Shown piece after piece: positions 32,797 through 41,273 of a stretch of 64,000 nucleotides of DNA. Source of the stretch: Aquabacterium sp. (GTDB lineage: Bacteria > Pseudomonadota > Gammaproteobacteria > Burkholderiales > Burkholderiaceae_C). The translations under genes and the position numbers were made by a program. How positions within the stretch are numbered: the stretch's first letter is position 1; every line of letters begins with the position of its first letter. Under the pieces are notes generated by a model. That model was not told the DNA's origin, made no database searches, and saw nothing but the letters and a program-made list of their open reading frames with translations. Location of the stretch: contig JASGJC010000059.1 of the NCBI GenBank assembly GCA_049840915.1, positions 32,195 to 96,194 on the forward strand, written 5' to 3'.

Positions 32797-34644
32797 CTAC
32801 TGCGAAGAAAGATCGCTGAAAGAAAGACCCGTCGCGCCGCCAAGGAGTTGGGCGGGTCGGCTGGGATTGGCAAACAGGCTATCGAGCACACTCCGAGGCG
32901 CTGGCTTGGCCGGGATTGAGCGCATAAGCGTGGCAGCGTAATTGGGATCAAGTAGAGCTTTGGCAATGAGAGATTGAATCTCTTGGTTCGGACCGCTGGT
33001 CAGCATCTGAGCGGCCTTGGAAACGCCTGGAAGGCTAAGAAGACCACTGACAAGGCGGGGGGCGCCTGACTGATTGGCAATATTGCTCATGGCGAGCTTT
33101 TGGAATGTATCGCTACCGGTACCCCGACCAAGATCCTGAGCGTTCGCCTTGCGCGCCAAGTCTTGCGCAATGGCTGTCAGCGTGTCCATCTGGTCAGGCG
33201 TCATTGTGTCCTTGAGGCCGGCGCCCTTGAAGCCCGTGGCTGAGCGAGCCATCTCATCGGCATTGCGCAAGGCCGTTGTGTACTTGCTCGCTGTTTCCTT
33301 GGTCAGCGCGCCGTGATCAGCAAGCGAGCCTTCCAACTGCTGCAAGAGCTTCTGCCCGATGTCCATTTGATTGATCGACTTGGACAAGTCGGCATAGGTA
33401 GTGCGGGCTGTGCGATATACAGGGTTGGCATCTTCCATCCAGTTCAAAAGCTGGCCGCGCAATGCGCGCACCGCGTCACCGGCCTTGCCTGTGAATCCGG
33501 ACGCCTGGTCTGAAAGCATTTCATCCATGGCCATCTTCAAGTCCTGAAGGCCTTGGCCGGTGATCTGCTTGCTCTTGTTGGTGGCCACGCCGACTCCTGA
33601 GAAAGGATTGGCCGGCGTTACCTCGAATGAAAAGGTACGGCCACTGTTGGCGGCCAGTGTCCTGGCCCGCTGCAGGGCCTGCTGCATGGCGGGGCGCTGA
33701 AGCAAGCTTTCGAGCCTGGAATCGATGGGATATGTCGCCGAATCGGCTTGCTTGTATAGATCTGATGTGGCGCTCGTGCGCGCCTTCTCGGCTGCAGCGC
33801 GTGAGACATCATCCCCGGCGATCTTGCGCAGCGCCATATTTCGCGCGCTGGCCTGCTCCATAGCGCGCTCAGAGAACGCTGCCGGATTCGCAGCCGCCAC
33901 GGTACGTTCAAGGCCTGCGATGCCGCCATTCTCTGCGACTTGTGCAGCAGTTGGTACCGAGCCTGGAACAAGCTCTCCCGCTTGGCCTAGACGTGCTGCC
34001 ACTTGCGGCGCTGCATCGCCAGCGGCATTCACAAGGGTGCGACCAGCAATGGCTTGTCGACCAGCGTCGTACAGAGGCTCTGCAAACGCCTTTGCTGTTC
34101 GGCTCACGGCTTTGGCGCCATCCCATACAAGCGACGTCGCCTTTGGAATCAGGGTGCCTCCAAGCGCAGAGGCGACAGCGCCAGTGGCTGCCCGCTTGGC
34201 CCTCTCTTCTGGCGTACCGTACTCCAATGCGCCAGGAATAGCGCCAGCGGCGCCCAGGCGCGCAATGGTGGAGGCAAGCGTTGCACCACCGCCAGCGGGA
34301 ATGATCATGCTGGGCACTGTTGATCCGAGAGCCGTTGCTGTTGGATGCTGCTCCTGAAGGGGCTTGAACGCGGCTTGCTTGCTCTTATTGGTGGCATCGA
34401 GCGCTTTGGCGGCGGAATCTTCTCCACGACTTTGAAGCCACCATTGGGTCAGGCCATCGAGCACTTGATCGACGGTATGCCCAGCGCTGATGAGGCCGGC
34501 AGAGAACGCGCCTGGGTCATCAACTTGAGGCGTCGTGTTTGCCTTTGCAGGTGCGCCGGTTATGGTGGCGTACTTTTGCCATGGCCCAGACTGATTGTCA
34601 GGAGCTGGCGTGGCAGCGTATTTTTCCCAAGGCCCAGCCATCAT
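32797..34644 (-). CDS. Putative podovirus-type DNA ejection/transfer protein (P22 gp16-like role)
   Basis: N-terminal GPW(E/Q)KYA repeats, Gly/Ala-rich hydrophobic segment, long helical body, GSDT motif, ALLDP tail. Confidence 0.65.
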   Translation of the reverse strand: MMAGPWEKYAATPAPDNQSGPWQKYATITGAPAKANTTPQVDDPGAFSAGLISAGHTVDQVLDGLTQWWLQSRGEDSAAKALDATNKSKQAAFKPLQEQHPTATALGSTVPSMIIPAGGGATLASTIARLGAAGAIPGALEYGTPEERAKRAATGAVASALGGTLIPKATSLVWDGAKAVSRTAKAFAEPLYDAGRQAIAGRTLVNAAGDAAPQVAARLGQAGELVPGSVPTAAQVAENGGIAGLERTVAAANPAAFSERAMEQASARNMALRKIAGDDVSRAAAEKARTSATSDLYKQADSATYPIDSRLESLLQRPAMQQALQRARTLAANSGRTFSFEVTPANPFSGVGVATNKSKQITGQGLQDLKMAMDEMLSDQASGFTGKAGDAVRALRGQLLNWMEDANPVYRTARTTYADLSKSINQMDIGQKLLQQLEGSLADHGALTKETASKYTTALRNADEMARSATGFKGAGLKDTMTPDQMDTLTAIAQDLARKANAQDLGRGTGSDTFQKLAMSNIANQSGAPRLVSGLLSLPGVSKAAQMLTSGPNQEIQSLIAKALLDPNYAATLMRSIPAKPAPRSVLDSLFANPSRPAQLLGGATGLSFSDLSSQ

Positions 34645-36071
34645 TGCACCCTTTGCCAGTTGTCTTGTTTTGACGGATCACCGCCTAGGAATTGGTAGCC
34701 GTCTTGCACAAAGCCTGCCGCTGGAACTGAGGCTCCTGCGCTGGCATCCTGTGGCAATGCTCTGCCAGCACGCTGCCGTAGCGACTTCAGGTAGACAGGG
34801 ATGGAGTCCATCTTTTGCTTAATCACGGCCTCGCCATCGAAGACCTGAGGCGTGATCTCGCGGATCTTTTGAATGGCCTCGTCTCTATTGACGCCAGCGC
34901 CAGTAGCAGCCCGCAAAAGAGCCTCTGACATCGAGGAGGCCGCCTGCACAAAGCGTTGGCGACCTTCGCTGCGACTGAAATTGCGCGCACCCTCTGGAAG
35001 TCCGGGAACCGACTCCCAAAAGCCTGGCTTAGCATCGGTGATTAGCCCTCCCTTCTTGTCGAAGGCGACAGCCTGCATGTTTTTCCATGCGTTCTCGGCT
35101 TGCGCAACCCAACCGGCCGCCTTACGCTCGTCTTCGCTCGCATTCCCTGCCGATTTGCCGGGCGTCTGCGGCTTCAGTTGCCCCAGATCCTTCACGCCCG
35201 CCCGCTTGAGCTCGGCAACCACAGCCGCCTCATCGCCCTGCAGGCGCATCAGATCGGCGCCCTGAGCCGACTTCATCTTCTCGCGCGTGTTGAATAGCTC
35301 CTGGCTCAGGATCGCCACTTGATCGCGATCGATTGGAGGCGGGGAGCCGCGCCCCGGCTTAGGCTGCACAGCCTTGGGATCTTTGGGGCCACCCGGGATG
35401 GGCTCAAGCGTTTGACCAGGCGTATCGCCCGCCCATTGGTAGCCTGTGGGTGCCTTCGGGCCTGCGATCTGGGTGCTCTTGCCTTGCATGGCAGCCATCG
35501 TCGTTGCTACATCGTCAGGAGTGCGTCTGCCTGCAAGCAAATCGCCTCGAATGCCTTGATCGCTGAAAAGCTTGAATGCTTGCGCCATGTCATCTGGCTT
35601 GAGATCCCCCGTGTTCGTCAGCAAGGGTGCGAACTGCTGCAAAGCCAAGCCGATCTTGCTGCGGGTCTCGGGACCAGCTTGGAACGAGCCCACATCCATC
35701 TGGCCGCTTTCAGTGGGGGGCCCCATCGGCACTTGCGGCGATCCGCCAGCCACTTGACTGCGAAAAGCCCGGATCGTCGGGATATCCGTTCCGGAATTGA
35801 TGGCGGCCTGCTCTTCGTAGATGCCCGGTCGCGACTGCAAGACATCTGTCTTAGCGCGCTCGTTGTCGGCCTGAGCATCGAAGTGGCGAGCCTGGGCGGC
35901 CTGCTGAGCCTGCAAGCCTGCAAGTTGAGCAATGCGCGACTGGTTCAGATCTTCTTTGTCGTATGCGTCTTTGTAGGTCTTGTCGCCATTGAGCCATGTA
36001 TTGATGCCTTTGACTATTCCGCTAGAGGCACCTTTTGCAAAGCCGGGATTGTTGATGCTGAGCCTGGGCAT
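34641..36071 (-). CDS. Putative phage internal virion/ejection protein (P22 gp20-like role)
   Basis: AGGAGAAGG RBS; Q/A-rich N-terminus, APTGYQW...PIPGGP, LLRAATGA...E...PQ..D...VIKQK, DGYQFLGGDP...NW tail; stop overlaps the next start. Confidence 0.65.
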   Translation of the reverse strand: MPRLSINNPGFAKGASSGIVKGINTWLNGDKTYKDAYDKEDLNQSRIAQLAGLQAQQAAQARHFDAQADNERAKTDVLQSRPGIYEEQAAINSGTDIPTIRAFRSQVAGGSPQVPMGPPTESGQMDVGSFQAGPETRSKIGLALQQFAPLLTNTGDLKPDDMAQAFKLFSDQGIRGDLLAGRRTPDDVATTMAAMQGKSTQIAGPKAPTGYQWAGDTPGQTLEPIPGGPKDPKAVQPKPGRGSPPPIDRDQVAILSQELFNTREKMKSAQGADLMRLQGDEAAVVAELKRAGVKDLGQLKPQTPGKSAGNASEDERKAAGWVAQAENAWKNMQAVAFDKKGGLITDAKPGFWESVPGLPEGARNFSRSEGRQRFVQAASSMSEALLRAATGAGVNRDEAIQKIREITPQVFDGEAVIKQKMDSIPVYLKSLRQRAGRALPQDASAGASVPAAGFVQDGYQFLGGDPSKQDNWQRVQ

Positions 36072-36125
36072 TTCCTTCTCCTATGAGACACATCAATGTG
36101 CCGAGTTGCTGATGGAATTTGTTGA

Positions 36126-36449
36126 TCAAACGTCTGCGGGATCAGGCACCCCATACTTGGTGCGCCATGCTTCAAGGCTCAGTGAAGGGCGACGCGCGCA
36201 CAGACCGAGCGCTTTGATTCGGCCTTCCGGCTTGAACAGCACCATCGCAGCCGGGATCACGCGAGCCTTGAACTGCTCCATGGACTCTTCAGGCTCTTGA
36301 ATCCACGTGCACCCTTCGTACTCGACCTGAAAAGGTTTGGTGTCGTCGCCCTTTTTGATGACAACGAAAAAGACAGATGGCGTATTGGCCAGCGTGGCTT
36401 GGGCGCGGGCTTGCTCCAGTTTGGCAAGGCGTGTCGAAAGTGAACTCAT
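36126..36449 (-). CDS. Hypothetical protein (N-terminal RLAKLE coil)
   Basis: ATGA-coupled in the satellite operon. Confidence 0.7.
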   Translation of the reverse strand: MSSLSTRLAKLEQARAQATLANTPSVFFVVIKKGDDTKPFQVEYEGCTWIQEPEESMEQFKARVIPAAMVLFKPEGRIKALGLCARRPSLSLEAWRTKYGVPDPADV

Positions 36450-36715
36450 GGTTTGCTCTCCAGTTGCTTGATCCGTTGCTCAAGGTCGCAGGACTCATGA
36501 GCCTTGAGAATCTGGACAAGGACGTAGACCAGCCTGGTGCCGTCCTGACTGTCGATGAGGCGGCCTCGCATGTCCCGGTAGACCCTGGCCATCTCTCGAC
36601 GCACTGCCGCGATGTCGTGCAGATTGATCGACGACGAAGGGGGAGGGTCTACAGGTCGTCCCGTGTCTGCATCGAGGGTCAACGGCTGTTGCGTTGTGGA
36701 TTTTTTGCGGGTCAT
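36446..36715 (-). CDS. Small helical protein, possibly TerS/packaging-related
   Basis: Ends DLEQRIKQLE, like DUF5681/TerS-like C-termini; ATGA-coupled. Confidence 0.55.
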   Translation of the reverse strand: MTRKKSTTQQPLTLDADTGRPVDPPPSSSINLHDIAAVRREMARVYRDMRGRLIDSQDGTRLVYVLVQILKAHESCDLEQRIKQLESKP

Positions 36716-37020
36716 GCGTCGGCATCTTTGAGACCGTTCGGAAGGTTGGGCGCGTGGCCATCGGCCGGCAAGGTGACCTCGTACAGACGCTGATGAGCGG
36801 CGAACTGCTCGGGGCAATGCTGCGCATACAGGGCCATGATGATTCGAGCGTCGGCGTCTTTGGGGTCTCCACCCTCAGCCCAATGCACCACGGAGCCCAC
36901 GGCCTTGCCGCACTTCCGAGCAACGATGTGATAACTGATGCTGGCTTTTTTCAAGTCACGCAGGATGGTGAACCAGTCGCGACGACGGCGAAGTAGTTGT
37001 GGCAAGTTGGTTGCACTCAT
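36712..37020 (-). CDS. Cro/XRE-like HTH regulator
   Basis: ISYHIVARKCGKAVGSVVHWAEGGDP HTH pattern. Confidence 0.7.
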   Translation of the reverse strand: MSATNLPQLLRRRRDWFTILRDLKKASISYHIVARKCGKAVGSVVHWAEGGDPKDADARIIMALYAQHCPEQFAAHQRLYEVTLPADGHAPNLPNGLKDADA

Positions 37021-37024
37021 CTGG

Positions 37025-37444
37025 TTACACCGCAAGCGTCAATTGGCCGCCCGGGTTCGCTAGGGCATCTGGAATGGGCTCAAGGTCGGGCGCTTTGATA
37101 GCCTCGATGTCATGAACCAACTCGCCGAGGTTGAAGGCGATGAACTCGGCCGCAGTCAACTCGGTTTCCAGGGCTTCGGTGCCGCAAACGGAAAAGCGGA
37201 GCATGTGTTCTAGCTCACCCGCTTGCTTGTGCAAGGCATTGATACGGCTAATGACACGCTCAAGGGCCGCCCGGCTCTTGTCTGGCAGTGTGAAGCCCAC
37301 CATGGAGGCCAGCACTTGAATCTGGGTCGGGTGCAGTTCAATTGCACATGGTTCATCCAGCACGTAGGTGTCTTCAAGCCTGAAGAGACCATTGCTCAAG
37401 GCTTCGATGGTGACGGGTGGGAAGGTTTGCTTTCTGGTCTTCAT
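37025..37444 (-). CDS. Hypothetical satellite protein
   Basis: AAGGA RBS; IELHPTQI motif. Confidence 0.65.
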   Translation of the reverse strand: MKTRKQTFPPVTIEALSNGLFRLEDTYVLDEPCAIELHPTQIQVLASMVGFTLPDKSRAALERVISRINALHKQAGELEHMLRFSVCGTEALETELTAAEFIAFNLGELVHDIEAIKAPDLEPIPDALANPGGQLTLAV

Positions 37445-37454
37445 GGTGTGTCCT

Positions 37455-38105
37455 TCATGCTTGTTTGGTGAATACAGATGGCATATCTAGATGGTGTCCG
37501 TGGGGCGGTACAGAGACGGGGTCAGAAAGTGCCCTGATAGGACCGTGGGGCGGTACAGGGGATAGGGTCTCTGTACCGTGGGGCGGTCCTATTGATGGCC
37601 CTTCTGTACCGTGGGGCGGTCTAAGGCTTGCACCGTTGGACCTGTCCCACTTCCGGTAAAGCTCATCACGGGAAGGTTTAGGTTGAGGCATTGGCAAGAG
37701 GGCGCCTTGCATGTAAGCGCTGCGCTTAAAAGCATTGGCAGCTCCTTGATCGAAGTCCGGATGCTTGTCCAGCGATTGCCAGGTAACGGCGTACCAACTC
37801 GCCCGGTTTGGGCGGTGGCCTTTAACGGTCTCAAAGATGAACCCACGGTCCATTAATTCGCGTTTGGCCTTCGTCAGCATGTCGGCGGACTTCCACCCTC
37901 GTACAGCCATATAGGCACGAGAGGCTAACAACCGCCCGTTGTTGTCGCGGACATATTGCCGGGCAACCTCGAGCAGCAAGGCGCGGGCGTGCATGGATAG
38001 GCACTGATAGGCAGGGCAATCCAACACAGACCAAGGCAATGCGACAAAGCCGCCGCCATCTCGGCCAGAGTCGCCCCGCTTGCTGTTTTTGCGTGGGTTG
38101 GGCAT
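37455..38105 (-). CDS. Winged-helix replication-initiator-like protein with internal iterons
   Basis: FVALP...LS..AR.LL...NNGRL...ELMDRGFI...YAVTW; PPHG repeats encoded by DNA direct repeats. Confidence 0.7.
   Translation of the reverse strand: MPNPRKNSKRGDSGRDGGGFVALPWSVLDCPAYQCLSMHARALLLEVARQYVRDNNGRLLASRAYMAVRGWKSADMLTKAKRELMDRGFIFETVKGHRPNRASWYAVTWQSLDKHPDFDQGAANAFKRSAYMQGALLPMPQPKPSRDELYRKWDRSNGASLRPPHGTEGPSIGPPHGTETLSPVPPHGPIRALSDPVSVPPHGHHLDMPSVFTKQA
37498..37620. repeat. 4 x CCGTGGGGCGGT iterons (putative origin)
   Basis: Exact 12-mers at 37498, 37543, 37576, 37609. Confidence 0.85.
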
Positions 38106-38114
38106 GGGGCGGAA

Positions 38115-38414
38115 TCACTTTGCAAGCGAATACACGCCGATGCGATGTTTGAACCCAGCTTCAGTGCGAACGTGTCGCCAACTAGTAAGGATTGGATGCC
38201 CGGCCCTCACTAGCTCCATCTTGCGGGCACGTGGGTCGTACACGTCCAATAGGCGGCTTGCTTCGAAGGTCGTGCAATGGCCAAGGGACTGGATTGCCAT
38301 CAGGATGCGCTGCCTACCTGTAGACGAATCCTGGCCAGGAAGCGCTTTCAAAATCGCTTTGAGAGCCACGCGGCGCTTTAGCGAGATGTCGTGCAGTGGT
38401 TCGGTCATGACCAC
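38115..38414 (-). CDS. Winged HTH (HTH_39-like) protein
   Basis: QRILMAI...TTFEA..LLDVYDPRARKMEL..AGHPI.T...IGVYSL. Confidence 0.75.
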   Translation of the reverse strand: MVMTEPLHDISLKRRVALKAILKALPGQDSSTGRQRILMAIQSLGHCTTFEASRLLDVYDPRARKMELVRAGHPILTSWRHVRTEAGFKHRIGVYSLAK

Positions 38415-38415
38415 C

Positions 38416-38643
38416 TCACTTCATGGCTTGTGCGTCAAGCCAGTGGCGTACGTCTTCTACGCGCCATGCCGTGACACGCTCGGATAATTTCACGGGCCTA
38501 GGGAACTCACCCGATTTGACCTTGCGCCACAGTGTGGCGCTGCTGAACGGAACGAACGTAGGAATCAGTTGCGCCTGCCGGACATACCCCGTCGCGGGCA
38601 AATTGACCGGCGGCTGCGACGCCTGAGTGAGACTGAGAGACAT
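38416..38643 (-). CDS. alpA: AlpA-family excisionase/regulator
   Basis: PFSSATLWRKVKSGEFPRPVKLSERVTAWRVEDVRHW. Confidence 0.92.
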   Translation of the reverse strand: MSLSLTQASQPPVNLPATGYVRQAQLIPTFVPFSSATLWRKVKSGEFPRPVKLSERVTAWRVEDVRHWLDAQAMK

Positions 38644-38728
38644 GACGCGTTACCCCATGGGGCGTAGTGAGCATGTCCATAAATATCTACATGGAAGACC
38701 ATCGAGTCGCCCGGAACAATTCGCTGAT

Positions 38729-39295
38729 TTAATTGCTTCGTGCTTTTAGCTCCTTAGGCTTAGGGCCGGGTGTGGCCGGTTCTGCTGCCGCAACTCGAGT
38801 TGCACGATCCATTGCCAAGAACATCGGCACCCAATCAGATGGTTTCAGACGGCCGCGATCCTCATACGCTTGTAGCAATTCTTCAGCGGTCGGTCCCTTG
38901 CCCTTGAAGGAGAGAGCGCGCGCGGCCACAGCTGCAGCCCTCTCTAGGGAGCGCCCCTTGGTGCGGCTTAGTCGCAGGATCAGAGCGATACCCGCCACCT
39001 TTTTTTCGTGGTGCTCCGCCAACCCTGGTTTGGCAGCACTCTTGTTGCTACGCCGCCCTCGCGGATATGCGACCCGAAACGCGCTTCCGGCAGTTGGTGC
39101 CTGAAACTCATCGCGTGCCCATCGCCGTATTGCCGCAGCAACCCATTGCAGAAGCAGGAGATCCGCATTCCTACCATCCACGGCAAGAGTGGAAAACTCG
39201 ACAAGCAATGCCCGAGCTTCATCTGGGTCAGTCTGTGCTCGCTTAAATCGCTCAGCCCAATAGCTATGCCTTGGCGATTCTTCATTCGAGACCAT
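38729..39295 (-). CDS. Hypothetical protein upstream of alpA
   Basis: 188-aa ORF, GGGGGT RBS, RGRR motif. Confidence 0.7.
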   Translation of the reverse strand: MVSNEESPRHSYWAERFKRAQTDPDEARALLVEFSTLAVDGRNADLLLLQWVAAAIRRWARDEFQAPTAGSAFRVAYPRGRRSNKSAAKPGLAEHHEKKVAGIALILRLSRTKGRSLERAAAVAARALSFKGKGPTAEELLQAYEDRGRLKPSDWVPMFLAMDRATRVAAAEPATPGPKPKELKARSN

Positions 39296-39301
39296 TCATG
39301 C

Positions 39302-39392
39302 ACCCCCGTGCATCCCGGCAATGAAGGCGCCCCAGCAAGCCATCCGGGGGTACGGCTTTTCAGCAGGTTTTCGAAGCCTACCTAGCTAGGGC
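39302..39392 (-). ncRNA. Three-way-junction structured RNA (possibly int-alpA motif type)
   Basis: P1 GCCCUAGC/GCUGGGGC, P2 GGUAGG/CCUGCU, P3 AAGCCGU/AUGGCUU; P3 loop ACCCCCG complementary to the downstream RBS CGGGGGU. Confidence 0.6.
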
Positions 39393-39399
39393 AAAACCA

Positions 39400-39963
39400 T
39401 TATGCAGATTGCGGGCGCTGCACCAAATACTCAAGAGCTGTCTTGTCACCTTTGGCAAGGTTGCAGGGCACGCACGCAGCGACAAGGTTAGGCGGTTCAT
39501 CAGGCCCCATCAATGCCCTCGGCATCTGGTGCTCGATATGCCACTTTCCGTCCAGCGTGAGTGCCTTGCCGCAATAGAAGCAACGGCCCTCGCTCTTGTC
39601 AAAGACTTCGCGCCGTCGGCGTGGCACCGGCTTGGATTGCACGCCAAGCTCAGGCCTTGGTAACTCTTCGTCTGGCCAGAGCGCGACTTGCTCGAACACG
39701 GCATCATTGGCCGCGATGGCGGCTGCCAGTGAACCAGCAGAGCGCAACAAGCGCCGCGCATCCGCCAGGGCCTGACGTTTGTCCAGGCTGGTGGCCAGCA
39801 CGACACCAGATGCAGGCTCCAGTACCATGTGCCGAACAGCGTGCAGGCCTTTGTCGATGCATGGCAGCGTGGCCAGAACGAACTGACCGCCCTGACCAAA
39901 AAGTCCACCATAGATGGGCCTCGAGCGCAGTTTGGGTTCACTCCCTCTCTTGGATGCGCTCAT
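39400..39963 (-). CDS. HNH endonuclease with N-terminal extension
   Basis: CFYCG...HIEHQMP...NLVAACVPCNLAKG. Confidence 0.88.
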   Translation of the reverse strand: MSASKRGSEPKLRSRPIYGGLFGQGGQFVLATLPCIDKGLHAVRHMVLEPASGVVLATSLDKRQALADARRLLRSAGSLAAAIAANDAVFEQVALWPDEELPRPELGVQSKPVPRRRREVFDKSEGRCFYCGKALTLDGKWHIEHQMPRALMGPDEPPNLVAACVPCNLAKGDKTALEYLVQRPQSA

Positions 39964-40241
39964 GTTGGCTCACTCAAACAAAGTGCGTTGGCTTCGACAA
40001 TGCCGCGAAGCTCATGAATGCTGCTTCCTGGGATATCCAGGTCGCCGCCGCCCGTCAGGTCATACGAGACATGGCAAAGCTGGTGCAGTCGCTTGAATAG
40101 CAGTGTCGGCAACTCGATGGCGCTCGATTGGTCAATATATGGGCGAAGCGCGTCTAGTACTTCCAGTGCTCTAGCGTTTGCGTCGTATGCCAAATTAAGG
40201 CGCTGCCCAAGGGTTATGTCAGTGGTGATGGTATTGCTCAT
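39960..40241 (-). CDS. Small helical hypothetical protein
   Basis: AGGAG RBS, ATGA-coupled chain. Confidence 0.7.
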   Translation of the reverse strand: MSNTITTDITLGQRLNLAYDANARALEVLDALRPYIDQSSAIELPTLLFKRLHQLCHVSYDLTGGGDLDIPGSSIHELRGIVEANALCLSEPT

Positions 40242-40516
40242 GCTGGATCTCCTGCGGTTGTTTCCGTGATCTGGTGGCGCTTTACTTCACTGGCAAACCA
40301 ATCGAGTGCATCACCACGCACAACGCTGCCGCCCAATACATTCAGAGCCCCATCTGCGACGGCGCCGAGTTGCTGGATGACTTTTTGAAGGTGATAGAGC
40401 CCGTCTTGTATGGCGTATGGCGATAACGATGTGACCTCGACGCCGTCCGCGGCGTTGGCCATGGTGGCAATCGATTCCAGGGCGAGCAGTGCTTGTTGAA
40501 GTTTTTGGTTGCTCAT
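40238..40516 (-). CDS. Small helical hypothetical protein
   Basis: AAGGAG RBS, ATGA-coupled. Confidence 0.7.
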   Translation of the reverse strand: MSNQKLQQALLALESIATMANAADGVEVTSLSPYAIQDGLYHLQKVIQQLGAVADGALNVLGGSVVRGDALDWFASEVKRHQITETTAGDPA

Positions 40517-40782
40517 GCTGTCGCTCCTTGCTTGCCATGGATCGTCACCATCAAGTCACTGGATGTCAGTGCGTTGCCATCGGAGAACAGAGCCATTGCA
40601 GCCTCGTTCAGATCATGAAGTCTTGGCATTACGGCATTGAGCAAATCGTTGAAGGACTGCAAATCCTCATGTTTGCTCTGCTCGCGTTTGATCATGTTGA
40701 GTAGAGCACTGACCTGACAAGTGATGTCGAAGCCCAAGGTGTTGCGCTTGGATTGGTCCTCGTAGACACTTTCGTTGCTCAT
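40513..40782 (-). CDS. Small helical hypothetical protein
   Basis: AAGGAG RBS, ATGA-coupled. Confidence 0.7.
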   Translation of the reverse strand: MSNESVYEDQSKRNTLGFDITCQVSALLNMIKREQSKHEDLQSFNDLLNAVMPRLHDLNEAAMALFSDGNALTSSDLMVTIHGKQGATA

Positions 40783-41171
40783 GCTGCTTCTCCTTGGGGT
40801 GCGTAGGCCAGAGCGGTGGAGGACAGCGGATCCCATTGATCCGGCAGGCCGAATCCATCCATGCTGATCGAAAGGAAGTCGCTGAAGGCACGAAGGAAGC
40901 CTTCGCGCGTGGCCTTGCCACTGCCCATCAAATTCGCATAGATCGATGTTTCGATCTCGAAGGCAATAGCGCGGTAGTCCCTGCCATCGCCAGAGCCGAA
41001 GCGACAGACGGTTTCGTCGCCGATTTCCAGCACCTTGCGGAGCATGAGCATGAAGTTGTTGGCCCCGGTTTTCAGGTCATCGGAGTAACTGGCCAAAGAA
41101 ACGCCCAGCTCACCGGCTTGGTGAGGCTGGGCAGAAGACGCGGCAGAGCCGCTACTATCGTGGGTAGCCAT
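40779..41171 (-). CDS. Hypothetical protein, first gene of coupled operon
   Basis: GAAAGGA RBS; phage-style C-terminus QGEAA. Confidence 0.7.
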   Translation of the reverse strand: MATHDSSGSAASSAQPHQAGELGVSLASYSDDLKTGANNFMLMLRKVLEIGDETVCRFGSGDGRDYRAIAFEIETSIYANLMGSGKATREGFLRAFSDFLSISMDGFGLPDQWDPLSSTALAYAPQGEAA

Positions 41172-41273
41172 GGTGCACATCCTTTCAGGAGACGTGTGCG
41201 TTGTGGTTAGACCCGGGCATTGGTTGCCGCCTTTGCTCGGGTCGCTTTGCCTCAGAGCCGCTGAGGCGCCGGA

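Noticed and set aside
37498-37620. Short repeats as a CRISPR array
   Set aside because: Only 12 bp, in-frame within a gene, no cas genes
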